A DNA stretch of 64,000 nt, from NCBI GenBank assembly GCA_030603665.1, contig JAUVXJ010000003.1:85377-149376 (forward strand), in the 5' to 3' direction. Below the pieces are notes generated by a model that worked only from the letters and a program-made list of their open reading frames with translations, ran no database searches and had not been told where the DNA came from. The DNA is from Chloroflexota bacterium (GTDB lineage: Bacteria; Chloroflexota; Anaerolineae; UBA7937; B3-Chlor). Shown one piece after another: positions 39,634 through 49,973 of this stretch (position 1 is the stretch's first letter; each line of letters opens with the position of its first letter). The translations under genes and the position numbers were made by a program.

Positions 39634-40821
39634 CTAAGGCGGCACCATGGTAATACATCCCTCCACCGGGCACACGTGTGTGCAAAGGGAGCAGCCATCG
39701 CACCTCTCGATCACCACCCGAGGGTACACCTCCCGGCTCTCCATCTCGATAGCCTGCCAGCCCCCGTCCATGCACGCGGTGTGGCACAGCCCGCACCTGC
39801 TGCAGAGAGCCTCGTCGATCGCAGCTACCACCTTGTGCGCAAAGTCCAACTCCTCATGCGCCGTGATCTTGGGCAGGATCTCACCTCTCATCTCACCCAA
39901 GGACTGGAATCCCTTCTCATCCATGTAGGCAGAAAGGCCCTTCTTCATCTTCTCCACTGTCCCATAGCCCTGCAACATGACCGCCGTGCACACCTGCACC
40001 GTCGAGGCGCCCACCAGTATGTACTCCGCCGCATCCTGCCACCTGCCGATGCCGCCGATGCCCGATAGCGGAATACCCGTCCCCTTCGCCAACTGAGCGA
40101 TACAACGCAGACCTATAGGCTTGATCCCAGGCCCTGAGTAGCCTCCCAAGGCTGAGGTTCCCCCCACCGACGGCAAGGGCTCCAGTCGGTCGAGATCTAC
40201 TCCGATGAGCGCCGAGACCGTATCTATGGCCGCAATAGCGTCGGCTCCAGCTTCCTCGCAGGATCTACCTATCTGTGCAATGTCGGTCACATTCGGGGTG
40301 AGCTTGACCATCACCGGCACCGTAGCTATCTCCTTTGCCCACCGTGTGATCTCTCCGGCGATGGTGGGGTCTTGGCCCTGGATTGAGCCCATCCCCTTCC
40401 CCGGCATGCCATGGGGGCAACCGAAGTCGAGCTGAACACCGTCTACACCGGCTTCTTCAACCTGCTTGATCAAGGAGTGCCACTCCTCTCTCACGACTCC
40501 GGCCGTCAGACTGGCGAAAAGCACGTGATCGGGATAATGGCGCTTGATATCCTCGATGTCCTTGACCCACACGTCAAGCTCGCGCTGGCTGACTAGTTCG
40601 ATGTTCTCCAGGCCGATGGTCTTATTAGCCATCACCAGACGCGCCAAACGAGGCCGGGCGTCGACGGCTGGTTGTAGGGCGATACTCTTGGTCACGGCTC
40701 CGGCCCACCCCGCCCCAAAGGCCCTCTGGATCATCTCCCCGGTCGCCGTTGGAGGGGCTGGAGCCAACATGAAGGGATTCATCAACTGGAGGCCTGCGAA
40801 TTCAACCTTCAGATCGGCCAT
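39634..40821 (-). CDS. preA: Dihydropyrimidine dehydrogenase subunit PreA paralogue (Asp variant)
   Basis: NIELV, QLDFGCPHG, KLTPN, AIDTV, GGYSGP, 2x[4Fe-4S]; close paralogue of 42390-43595. Confidence 0.88.
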   Translation of the reverse strand: MADLKVEFAGLQLMNPFMLAPAPPTATGEMIQRAFGAGWAGAVTKSIALQPAVDARPRLARLVMANKTIGLENIELVSQRELDVWVKDIEDIKRHYPDHVLFASLTAGVVREEWHSLIKQVEEAGVDGVQLDFGCPHGMPGKGMGSIQGQDPTIAGEITRWAKEIATVPVMVKLTPNVTDIAQIGRSCEEAGADAIAAIDTVSALIGVDLDRLEPLPSVGGTSALGGYSGPGIKPIGLRCIAQLAKGTGIPLSGIGGIGRWQDAAEYILVGASTVQVCTAVMLQGYGTVEKMKKGLSAYMDEKGFQSLGEMRGEILPKITAHEELDFAHKVVAAIDEALCSRCGLCHTACMDGGWQAIEMESREVYPRVVIERCDGCSLCTHVCPVEGCITMVPP

Positions 40822-41008
40822 CCCTCACCTCCTCTGCCACCAAGCGGCGACGATCCGTCCATCGGCCCCAAGCTTGTTTTCCCAGGGGGATCTGTATCGT
40901 GGATGTCGAAACGATTCAGCGGGGCCTCGTGACAGTGCTACTGACTATGGCGCGAACACCGTCCGTCGTGACCTGCTGGCGCAAGCCAGTGGTGGCGGCC
41001 ATCCATAT

Positions 41009-42382
41009 CTACACGCGCTTTCGCCTCAGAAACTGACCAGACCCTGCCTCGCCCAGAAACTGGCCATCTCTGACTATGATCTTGCCTCTCTGCATAGTCA
41101 GGACAGGGTACCCTCTCACGGTGATGTGGTCATAGGGGCTGTGATCCACATTCATGTGCAGGTTTTCCACACTGAGGCGAACCTCCTTCTGGGGGTCGAA
41201 GACGACCAGGTCCGCATCTGCCCCAATCGAGATAGTGCCTTTCTGAGGAGCCAGGCCGAATAGGCGCGCAGGATTGGTGGAGACCAGCTCCACAAACTTG
41301 TTCACGGAGAACCGGCCTTCGTTGACCCCGAAGTGGTACATCAAGGGCACTCGGGTCTCCACGCCAGGCATGCCGTTGGGTATCATGGAGAAATCGTCCT
41401 TGCCCATGTCCTTCTGGCCGACGAAGTTGAAGGGGCAGTGGTCGGTGCTTACCACCTGCAAGTCGCCCGACATTAGCCCTTGCCAAAGCGATTCCTCATT
41501 GCCCTCATCTCGTAGCGGGGGGGACATTACGTACTTCGCGCCTTCGAAGTTGGGCAGTCTGTAATGCTCGATGTTGAAGAAAAGATACTGAGGGCAAGTC
41601 TCGGCCAGAACGCGCTGCCCCTTATCCCGGGCCTCTTTGATCTTCTCCAGGGCCTGAGCCGCACTCGTATGAACGATGTAGATAGGGGCCTTGGCCAGAG
41701 CGGCCAGGCTGGCGGCCCGGCCGACGGCCTCGGCCTCAGCCTCGGGGGGATGGCTCAGGGCGTGCCAAATCGGCTCCTTCTTGCCCTCGGCCAGGTGCTG
41801 ATTGATGAGGTGGTGCAAGACATCGCCGTTCTCGGCGTGCACCATGATCAGCGCTCCAAGGTCTCTGGCCTTCAGAAGGGACTTGAAAAGGGTTTCATCG
41901 TCCACCATGAACGCACCCTTGTAGGCCATGAAGAGTTTAAAACTGGTAATGCCCTGCTCCACCAGCTCAGCCATCTCCACATTCATCACTTCGTCGGTCA
42001 TGTCCCCTATGGCCACGTGGAAGCCATAGTCGATGGCCGCCTTGTCCTTGGCTCGGGCCATCCAGGTCTCCAGGGCCTGGTGTAGACTCTCTCCCTCCCC
42101 CTGGATGGCGAAGTCTACGAAGGTCGTGGTGCCCCCAAATGCTGCGGCGATGCTCCCGGTCTCGAAATCGTCCGCCGACACGGTGCCCATGAAAGGCAGC
42201 TCGAAGTGGGTGTGGATGTCGATGCCTCCGGGGAACACGTAGTTGCCCTGGGCATCGATGGTCTCTGCGCCCTCAAGATGCAGGCCCAGCGCCGCGATCT
42301 TCCCCTCTTTGATGCCGATGTCGGCCTGGTATGTCTCCGTGGCCGTAGCAATGATCCCATTCGTGATTACAGTGTCCATCAT
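41009..42382 (-). CDS. hydA: Dihydropyrimidinase / D-hydantoinase
   Basis: PGGIDIHTH, AFGGTTT, SFKLFMAY, HAENG, ETCPQYL, STDHCPF. Confidence 0.95.
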   Translation of the reverse strand: MMDTVITNGIIATATETYQADIGIKEGKIAALGLHLEGAETIDAQGNYVFPGGIDIHTHFELPFMGTVSADDFETGSIAAAFGGTTTFVDFAIQGEGESLHQALETWMARAKDKAAIDYGFHVAIGDMTDEVMNVEMAELVEQGITSFKLFMAYKGAFMVDDETLFKSLLKARDLGALIMVHAENGDVLHHLINQHLAEGKKEPIWHALSHPPEAEAEAVGRAASLAALAKAPIYIVHTSAAQALEKIKEARDKGQRVLAETCPQYLFFNIEHYRLPNFEGAKYVMSPPLRDEGNEESLWQGLMSGDLQVVSTDHCPFNFVGQKDMGKDDFSMIPNGMPGVETRVPLMYHFGVNEGRFSVNKFVELVSTNPARLFGLAPQKGTISIGADADLVVFDPQKEVRLSVENLHMNVDHSPYDHITVRGYPVLTMQRGKIIVRDGQFLGEAGSGQFLRRKRV

Positions 42383-42389
42383 CGCCCCC

Positions 42390-43595
42390 CTAGGAATGCT
42401 GCGTCGTCTGAAGCGGCACCATGGTAATACATCCCTCCACCGGGCACACGTGTGTGCAAAGGGAGCAGCCATCGCACCTCTCGATCACCACCTGAGGGTA
42501 CACCTCCCGGCTCTCCATCTCGATGGCCTGCCAGCCCCCATCCCTGCACGCGGTGTGGCACAGCCCGCACCTGCTGCAGAGAGCCTCGTCGATCGCAGCT
42601 ACCACCTTGTGGCCAAAGTCCAACTCCTCATGCGCCGTGATCTTGGGCAGGATCTTCCCGCTCATCTCATCTACAGACTGGAAGCCCTTCTCGTCCATGT
42701 AGGCAGAAAGACCCTTCTTCATCTTCTCCACTATCCCGTAGCCCTGCAACATGGCCGCCGTGCACACCTGCACCGTCGAGGCGCCCACCAGTATGTACTC
42801 CGCCGCATCCTGCCACCTGCCGATGCCGCCAATGCCCGATAGCGGAAGGCCCGTCCCCTTCGCCAACTGAGCGACACAACGCAGACCTATAGGTTTGACC
42901 CCAGGCCCTGAGTAGCCCCCCAAGGATGAGGTTCCCCCCACCGAGGGCAAGGGCTCCAGTCGGTCGAGATCTACGCCAATGAGCGCCGAGACCGTGTTGA
43001 TAGCGGAAATGGCATCGGCCCCGGCCTCCTCACACGCCTGGCCTATCTGCACGATGTCCGTGACATTGGGGGTAAGCTTGACCATCACCGGCACCGAAGC
43101 TATTTCCTTTGCCCACCGAGTAATATCTCCGGCGATGGTGGGGTCTTGCCCCTGCACAGACCCCATCCCCTTTGCCGGCATACCGTGAGGGCAACCGAAG
43201 TTCAGTTCCAGACCATCAACACCGGCTTCTTCAACCTGTTTGATCAACGAATGCCACTCCTCGATGGCCACGGCACCCATCAGGCTTGCGAAGAGGATGT
43301 GATGGGGATAATGGCGCTTGATATCCTCGATATCCTTGACCCAGGTGTCCAGATTCCGCTGGCTGATCAGTTCGATGTTCTCCAGGCCGATGGTTCTATT
43401 GGCCATGGCCAAACGCGCCAAACGAGGCCGGGCATCGATCGCTGCTTCCAGCGCAATGGTCTTGGTGATCGCCCCGGACCACCCTGCCTCAAAGGCCCGC
43501 TGGATCATCTCGCCTTTCGCTGTTGGGGGAGCTGAAGCCAACATGAAGGGGCTCATGCAGTTGAGACCGGCGAACTCAATGCCTAGGTCAGCCAT
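42390..43595 (-). CDS. preA: Dihydropyrimidine dehydrogenase subunit PreA
   Basis: ASAPPT, NIELIS, ELNFGCPHG, AINT, 2x[4Fe-4S]. Confidence 0.93.
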   Translation of the reverse strand: MADLGIEFAGLNCMSPFMLASAPPTAKGEMIQRAFEAGWSGAITKTIALEAAIDARPRLARLAMANRTIGLENIELISQRNLDTWVKDIEDIKRHYPHHILFASLMGAVAIEEWHSLIKQVEEAGVDGLELNFGCPHGMPAKGMGSVQGQDPTIAGDITRWAKEIASVPVMVKLTPNVTDIVQIGQACEEAGADAISAINTVSALIGVDLDRLEPLPSVGGTSSLGGYSGPGVKPIGLRCVAQLAKGTGLPLSGIGGIGRWQDAAEYILVGASTVQVCTAAMLQGYGIVEKMKKGLSAYMDEKGFQSVDEMSGKILPKITAHEELDFGHKVVAAIDEALCSRCGLCHTACRDGGWQAIEMESREVYPQVVIERCDGCSLCTHVCPVEGCITMVPLQTTQHS

Positions 43596-43613
43596 CCTTC
43601 ATCTCCTTGAGAA

Positions 43614-44447
43614 CTAGGCGTCGACGATCTTCCCATACGCATCCGGCCTACGATCACGGTAGAACTGCCATTCGTTGCGGACCTGCCTGACTATGTCCAG
43701 GTCCAGGTCGGCCACCAGCACCTCTTCCTCGGTGTCGGAGGCCTGAGCTATGATCTTGCCGCGAGGATCGCAAAAGTAACTGGATCCATAGAAATCATTC
43801 GGCCCTAACTCAGTCTCCTGCCCCACGCGATTGATGGTTCCCACGAAGTAACCGTTAGCGATGGCGTGAGCGGTCTGTTCGATGTGCCAGAGGTGCATTG
43901 ACAGCCCCCGCGACGTAGCGGAGGGCATATACACGATTTCGGCCCCGTTCAGCCCCAGCACGCGCGCGCCCTCAGGAAAGTGGCGATCGTAGCAGATGTA
44001 GACACCTACTCGGCCATACCTGGTCTCGAAGACAGGGTAGCCCAAGTTCCCGGGTCGGAAGTAGAACTTCTCCCAGAAACCAGGTAGTTGAGGGATGTGG
44101 GTCTTACGATACTTGCCCAGCAGCGTCCCGTCGGCATCGATGACCGCTGCGGTGTTGTAGTAGATGCCCGGGGCATCCTCCTCATAGAGAGGCAGAACCA
44201 GAACCATGGAGTGCTTCTTCGCCACCTCCTGCATGCGTTCGGTCGTGGGTCCTGGGATCGGCTCGACGTGGTCGTACCATTTGGTGTCTTGAACCTGACA
44301 GAAGTAAGGACCGGAGAACAGCTCCTGCAAGCACGTGATCTGGGAGCCTTGACCGGCTGCCTCTTCGATGAGCTCAAGGTGCTTGACGATGTTCTCTTCC
44401 TTGTCCAGGCTACCCGTAGTCTGGATCAGAGCACTTCGCACAATCAT
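43614..44447 (-). CDS. Nitrilase-family beta-ureidopropionase
   Basis: LQELF, YRKTHIP, FWEKFYFRPG, ICYDRHFPE triad; operon context. Confidence 0.9.
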   Translation of the reverse strand: MIVRSALIQTTGSLDKEENIVKHLELIEEAAGQGSQITCLQELFSGPYFCQVQDTKWYDHVEPIPGPTTERMQEVAKKHSMVLVLPLYEEDAPGIYYNTAAVIDADGTLLGKYRKTHIPQLPGFWEKFYFRPGNLGYPVFETRYGRVGVYICYDRHFPEGARVLGLNGAEIVYMPSATSRGLSMHLWHIEQTAHAIANGYFVGTINRVGQETELGPNDFYGSSYFCDPRGKIIAQASDTEEEVLVADLDLDIVRQVRNEWQFYRDRRPDAYGKIVDA

Positions 44448-44482
44448 TTCACCCTCCTTCGCATCCGGGATTGGAGCCAGTG

Positions 44483-44511
44483 ATTTTAGTACAGGAAGCT
44501 AGCTTTGTCAA
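44483..44511 (-). promoter_or_regulatory. sigma70 promoter of pyrimidine degradation operon
   Basis: TTGACA-17-TAAAAT on minus strand. Confidence 0.7.
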
Positions 44512-44966
44512 GTGTAGAGAACGCTTCGGGAGCGTGTCTCACGCCGTGAGGTCGTCTCATTGCTTGAAGACGTGGCGCAAGTCCTTTCATACCGCTACCC
44601 TAGGGCCGTGAGGAGGTGTGGCCATCCAGGTGAGATGACCCTCGAGACACTGTAGCACGTCCGGGCCAGCGAAGCAGCGAGTGCAGCAGCATCGAGTCCA
44701 GGACCGATGGGTTGGATTACTCATTGCCGACCAAATGACGACACCCGGCGAACCTCCTGGAGATCCTGCCTCGCGATCTGAGAGCCCTGCTGAACTAGAG
44801 CGACTGACGGCCGGGGCTGCGCATTGGATCCCAAATCTTGGACTCGGTGAGAGCCATGGTGCAGCACGCGTCCGGCGCTCTCCGCCCGTTCCCCTCGCCT
44901 GCAGGACTGGAGCGTGTTGCACGAGCCCCGCATCTTCGCTATGATAGAAGTGGCGCAGAGAACTGG

Positions 44967-47231
44967 ATGGAGAGCTTGTCACGACGCTCGCGAAGCAGAT
45001 TCCCAACCCTCCGTAGACCTCTCTGCCTGGCAATGGTGGCCGGGACGGTACTCCTTGGTCTCTGTCTACCTCCCCTCTCTCACACCGCTGGCCTTCGGGC
45101 GCACGCCGCACAACAGCTCCAGCAGGATGCCCCACGGGTGGACGTCGTTGAGTCTAGCACGGAGGGCATCACTCTGGACGCCGCGGTGCCTGTGCCACTG
45201 GAAGAAGTCGTCCAGCAGCAGGCCACAAGCTTTCAGCGCCTTACCCTCCAGGGTGCAGGTTCCGTCAGCCAGATCGGCCAGCCAGAACTTCCATCCTTCG
45301 CTCGTTTTGTGGCCATTCCTCGCGGAGCCACAGTTCAGGTCAAGGTGCTGGCAGATGCGATGGAGACCCGCTCGGGCTACCTGCTCTACCCGGCTCAGGA
45401 ACCTCGCTCAGAGCAGGGTGAGGAGCCGGACTTCACCCTGGACCTAGCTGCATACCAGAGTGATGAGTTCCTTCCCTCGGACCTGGTGACGCTGGAAGGC
45501 CCCTACGTCATTCGCGGGGTGCAGGTGGTACTGGTCAGGTTCCATCCCGTCCAGTACAACGCCGCCAATCAGGAACTCAGGGCCCACTCCAACCTGCGCG
45601 TGCGTCTCACCTTCGAAGGTGGGGGCGCGATGCTGTCCGACGAGCGTCTCCGCTCTCGCTACTTCGAGCCCCTTCTGGCCAGGACGCTTCTTAACTACAC
45701 GCAACTGGAGCCAACTGCGCAAAGTCTGGGGTCGAGCTTGAGCAGCGGAACCGGGTGCGACTTTCTGATCATCACCGCGCCTGAGTTCGTGAATCAGGCC
45801 AATCTCCTGGCCGACTGGAAGATCCGCAGAGGTATAGACACTAGGGTTAGAACCACCACCCAGACCGGGCCGACGGCTCCCACCATCCAGAGCTACATCC
45901 AGAACGCCTACGACACTTGGAACCCGGCTCCCTCCTTCGTCCTCTTCCTCGGCGACGCCGAATTCATCCCCACCAACTATGTGACCAAGCACCCTGGCCA
46001 GCAACCACCAGGTTCCTACATCGGCACGGATCTCTACTACGCCACCGTGGACGGCAGCGACTACTTTCCCGACATCAGCACGGGGCGCATCTCCGTGGAC
46101 ACAGCGAACCAGGCGTGGCGCATCGTCAACAAGATCATCAACTACGAGCGATCTCCGCCCTATAGGGCCAGTTTCTACTCCACCGTGGCCCTGGCCGCCT
46201 ACTTCCAGGACGAGAACGTGCCACTGACGCGAGAGGACCGCAAATGGGTGCGCACCTCCGAGGAGATAGGCAGCTATCTTGGCGGCATCGGGTACGATGA
46301 GCAGCGCATCTACTACGCTGAGCCTTGGGTCGACCCATTGTACTACAGTGACGGGAGTTCTCTGCCCTCCTATTTGCGGAGGGAGAATGGCTTCCCCTGG
46401 ATAGGGAGCACGTCAGAAATCGTGAACTCGGTGAACGATGGCCGCTTGATCCTCAATCACCGCGACCATGGGTGGAGAATGATGTGGGCGATACCAGAAC
46501 TCCAGGTGTCCGATGTCCTGGGTCTGACCAATGGCGCCAGGCTGCCCGTGGTGTTCAGCATCAACTGCGAGACCGGCTGGTTTGACAACGAGACCGACAG
46601 CCCTGACCACGGCACGCCCAGTGGCGAGGTCAACTTCGCTGAGGCCTGGCAGCGGAACCAGAACGGTGGCGCCGCCGGGATCGTCGCTCCAACGCGGATA
46701 AGCTACGGCGGCTACAACGACCATCTGGACAAGGGCCTTATCGACGCCGTGTGGCCCGGTTTCCTGTCCTATACCCCCACACCCGGTCCCTTCTCCAACC
46801 CGCAGTACAGAATGGGGCAGGTTCTGAACTATGCCAAGCTGTACATGGCCACCGTGTACGGCGAGAGCACCACACGCCAGATCACCTTCGAGATGTTCCA
46901 CTACTTCGGCGATCCCACAATGGAGATCTGGACCGCCCAACCCTGGAACATGGCTGTGTACCGCTCGCCCCTCTATTTCACCGACGCCACTTCATACACG
47001 GTGGGCGTCCAAGATGGGGCGCTGGTCTCCCTGGTCAAGAACGGCGAGATACTGGGCACGGCGCTCTCGACAGGAGGGGAGGCCACTGTCACCCTATCGG
47101 CGCCGCCGACCTTTGGCACCATCTATCTCACCGTCACCAAGCACAACCGCAGGCCCTACGAGTCCACCGTCCAGGTGGTGACGGAAAACATGTCTCTCCA
47201 GGGGTACGTGCCGCTCGTCCTGGGTCAATAG
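44967..47231 (+). CDS. C25 (gingipain) family cysteine peptidase with propeptide and Ig-like domain
   Basis: Propeptide GQPELP; FVLFLGD, TDLYY, GRIS, NHRDHG (His), SINCETG (Cys), YFGDP; start uncertain. Confidence 0.9.
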   Translation: MESLSRRSRSRFPTLRRPLCLAMVAGTVLLGLCLPPLSHTAGLRAHAAQQLQQDAPRVDVVESSTEGITLDAAVPVPLEEVVQQQATSFQRLTLQGAGSVSQIGQPELPSFARFVAIPRGATVQVKVLADAMETRSGYLLYPAQEPRSEQGEEPDFTLDLAAYQSDEFLPSDLVTLEGPYVIRGVQVVLVRFHPVQYNAANQELRAHSNLRVRLTFEGGGAMLSDERLRSRYFEPLLARTLLNYTQLEPTAQSLGSSLSSGTGCDFLIITAPEFVNQANLLADWKIRRGIDTRVRTTTQTGPTAPTIQSYIQNAYDTWNPAPSFVLFLGDAEFIPTNYVTKHPGQQPPGSYIGTDLYYATVDGSDYFPDISTGRISVDTANQAWRIVNKIINYERSPPYRASFYSTVALAAYFQDENVPLTREDRKWVRTSEEIGSYLGGIGYDEQRIYYAEPWVDPLYYSDGSSLPSYLRRENGFPWIGSTSEIVNSVNDGRLILNHRDHGWRMMWAIPELQVSDVLGLTNGARLPVVFSINCETGWFDNETDSPDHGTPSGEVNFAEAWQRNQNGGAAGIVAPTRISYGGYNDHLDKGLIDAVWPGFLSYTPTPGPFSNPQYRMGQVLNYAKLYMATVYGESTTRQITFEMFHYFGDPTMEIWTAQPWNMAVYRSPLYFTDATSYTVGVQDGALVSLVKNGEILGTALSTGGEATVTLSAPPTFGTIYLTVTKHNRRPYESTVQVVTENMSLQGYVPLVLGQ

Positions 47232-47426
47232 AGCCACACATGCCATAGCGGAGGGTTCAGCAAGGCCACTCCAGTCATCCGGCCACCAGTACCCTTTTCC
47301 CATTTCCGAGAGCCACCAATTCTGGTATAATTGGTCTTGCGGGAGGGTCGATTGAGCCCCCCGCCGGTCTGGCTTGGACTCGGGGGCAGAGAACCCGCAA
47401 TTCCGCGATGGGAGGGTGTATCCTAC

Positions 47427-49592
47427 GTGAGAGATACCTGGAGAGGACGTCTCGGCATTCTCGGAGTGCTTGTCGCTGTCGTCATGGCAGCGCTTGCACT
47501 ATCGTCGAGCGCCCTGTCCAGCTCACCTCCCACTGAGCCCCCGCCGCCCACCGAGATCATACTGAGCGCCGGTGACCATGGTCGGCAGGTTCAACTCCAC
47601 GAGGGCGAGACCCTGGTCATCAGCCTGGAGGCCAATCCGTCCACGGGCTACGGATGGGAATTGGACATGGAACCCCTGGACATCGAGGTCCAAGGCATCC
47701 TGGTCCAGACCGCCGAGGAGTTTCAAACCCGGCAGGAGCTGCGGTCGCCGGGTACAGGGGTTCAGGAGGTGGCACCCCTCCTTGGCGCCCCGGAGACGCA
47801 GATACTACAATTCCAGGCCCGGGCAGCAGGAGAGACCGATCTGAGGCTGGTCTACCGTAGACCGTGGGAGGAAGACACCCCTCCCGCTGGCGAATTCTCC
47901 CTCCAGGTGCAAGCTATCGGTCCCTTCACCGGCCCCGAGCCGGCGGCCATGCAGAGCGCACCGCAGCCCAGCGACCAGCCTGAAGTGGATTTGGGTGACG
48001 ATGGCCAACTGGGACTCCCATCGGCCTTCAACTGGTGCGATTTGGGGGCCTGCACCCCGGTCAGGAATCAGGGATCATGCGGTAGTTGCTGGGCCTTCAG
48101 CACCGTCGGCCCGCTGGAGTCCAACATCCTGTATCATGACGGTGTGGACAGGGATCTGTCCGAGCAATACCTCCTCTCCTGTAACGCCGACGGCTGGGAC
48201 TGCACCGGCGGATACTTCGCCCACGACTACCACCTGGATATGATCCCGCTGGGCGAGCCTGATGCCGGGGCCGTGAATGAAGCTGATTTTCCATACACAG
48301 CTCAAGATGACCCCTGTGACCCCCCGCACGCCCACCACGAGAAGATCGCTGACTGGGAGTATGTTGGCGGTGGCCTTCCTCCGGTTGCCGACATCAAGCA
48401 GGCCATCTTCGATCACGGCCCTGTTGCGGCGGCCATCTGTATAGGCAACGCCTTCAGGAACTACACCGGTGGTGTCTTCCTAACGGAGGAGTGTGGTGGT
48501 CTCAATCACGCGATAGTCCTGGTGGGCTGGGACGACAACCAGGGGCTCAGCGGCGTGTGGTACCTCAGGAACTCGTGGGACACGGGCTGGGGTGAGAGCG
48601 GTTACATGCGCATTGGCTACGGCATCTCTAGCGTGGGATACGATGCCAACTACGTGGTCTACTACCCCGCATGCTACGACTTGGACACCGCGGTGTATCC
48701 AGCGGGCACTGGCACCGTCGTCGCGGACCCTGCGCCCAACTGCAATGGAGGCTACGAGCCCAACACTGAAGTGGAACTGACGGCCGGCGACAGCCTGGGC
48801 TGGCATTTCTTTGCCTGGGGCGGTGACGCGTCTGGGAGCGTTAGTCCCATCACCATCACCATGGACTCACCCAAGAACGTGACCGCGCATTTCATGTGCG
48901 ATGGGTGCTCGGTGCCTCGGTACTACCCCCTGGGTATGAAGGGCTATGAGGGCCCACCCGAGGGATGGGTCACCATCATGGCTGAGGACTACGAGGGGCC
49001 ATTCCCCAACTCGTGGAGCGTCCTTGACGACGCGCCCGGCCACGGGGAGTATTATTGGGGTAAGAGGGATTGCCTTCCGGTTGAGGGCAGCTACAGCGGA
49101 TGGCCGGTGGGAGCGGGCTCGGACGGCTTGGCGCTGTCCTGTGGCAGCAATTACCCGGACTACGCCGAGAGCTGGATGACCTACGGACCTTTCAGCCTCG
49201 CTGGGGCCACAGCTGCCGACCTGCGCTTCAAGCAATGGCTCGACACGGAGAGCGGCGCTGACTACCTATGTAGACTCGCTTCACTCGATGGAAGCGACTT
49301 CTACGGAACGTGTGCCAGTGGTTACAGTGCGGGTTGGACAGATTCCATCCTGGACCTGTCGGACGTCTATACGATCGGCAGTCTCCTAGGACAGCCAGAG
49401 GTCTGGATCGCCACGCTCTTCTTCAGTGACGAGTCCACAAACTACCCCGAGGGCGCGTACGTGGACGACCTAGTACTCCGCAAGTACATCTCAAGCACTG
49501 GACAACCGCCTCCCCTGCACAAGGCGTCGCCTTCCTCTGGTCCCGGGGCACAGATTATCGAACAGCCTATGGTGGCGACCAAGAGGCGCTGA
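47427..49592 (+). CDS. Chagasin (I42) inhibitor domain fused to papain-family (C1A) peptidase, InlB-B-like repeat and C-terminal jelly-roll domain
   Basis: NPSTGYGW and YRRPWE (I42); QGSCGSCWAF, NHAIVLVGW, RNSW (C1A); GGAGG RBS before GTG 47427. Confidence 0.9.
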   Translation: MRDTWRGRLGILGVLVAVVMAALALSSSALSSSPPTEPPPPTEIILSAGDHGRQVQLHEGETLVISLEANPSTGYGWELDMEPLDIEVQGILVQTAEEFQTRQELRSPGTGVQEVAPLLGAPETQILQFQARAAGETDLRLVYRRPWEEDTPPAGEFSLQVQAIGPFTGPEPAAMQSAPQPSDQPEVDLGDDGQLGLPSAFNWCDLGACTPVRNQGSCGSCWAFSTVGPLESNILYHDGVDRDLSEQYLLSCNADGWDCTGGYFAHDYHLDMIPLGEPDAGAVNEADFPYTAQDDPCDPPHAHHEKIADWEYVGGGLPPVADIKQAIFDHGPVAAAICIGNAFRNYTGGVFLTEECGGLNHAIVLVGWDDNQGLSGVWYLRNSWDTGWGESGYMRIGYGISSVGYDANYVVYYPACYDLDTAVYPAGTGTVVADPAPNCNGGYEPNTEVELTAGDSLGWHFFAWGGDASGSVSPITITMDSPKNVTAHFMCDGCSVPRYYPLGMKGYEGPPEGWVTIMAEDYEGPFPNSWSVLDDAPGHGEYYWGKRDCLPVEGSYSGWPVGAGSDGLALSCGSNYPDYAESWMTYGPFSLAGATAADLRFKQWLDTESGADYLCRLASLDGSDFYGTCASGYSAGWTDSILDLSDVYTIGSLLGQPEVWIATLFFSDESTNYPEGAYVDDLVLRKYISSTGQPPPLHKASPSSGPGAQIIEQPMVATKRR

Positions 49593-49973
49593 CCCCACCA
49601 CCGCCGCTGTAAGCTTCGCTCCCGTTAAGGCTCCCCCATTTGCTCTCGCAGGGTGAGAACACACTCTGACCGCGGCATGCTCCACTCCTTCGACGCTGCG
49701 TGTCCTGCCCCAGGTCTGGGCAAGGCGCGTCGCCCCTCTCTCTTCCAGTAGACTCCACACCCAATTGCGGTACACGCAGTCGGGCAGTGGCAGGCTCACT
49801 CAAGTCTCTGGGAGAGGATACGTCAGGCAACCAAAAGAGGCTCCATCTCTCGACGGAGCCTCCCACATTTCGTCCAGCGCACGTCACCATGATGGACGAT
49901 GCACCATTTCTTGGCATCTCATTGGCGGCGGCACAACAGTGCACGTTCAGGACTGGCGTCAACAAGCAGCCGG

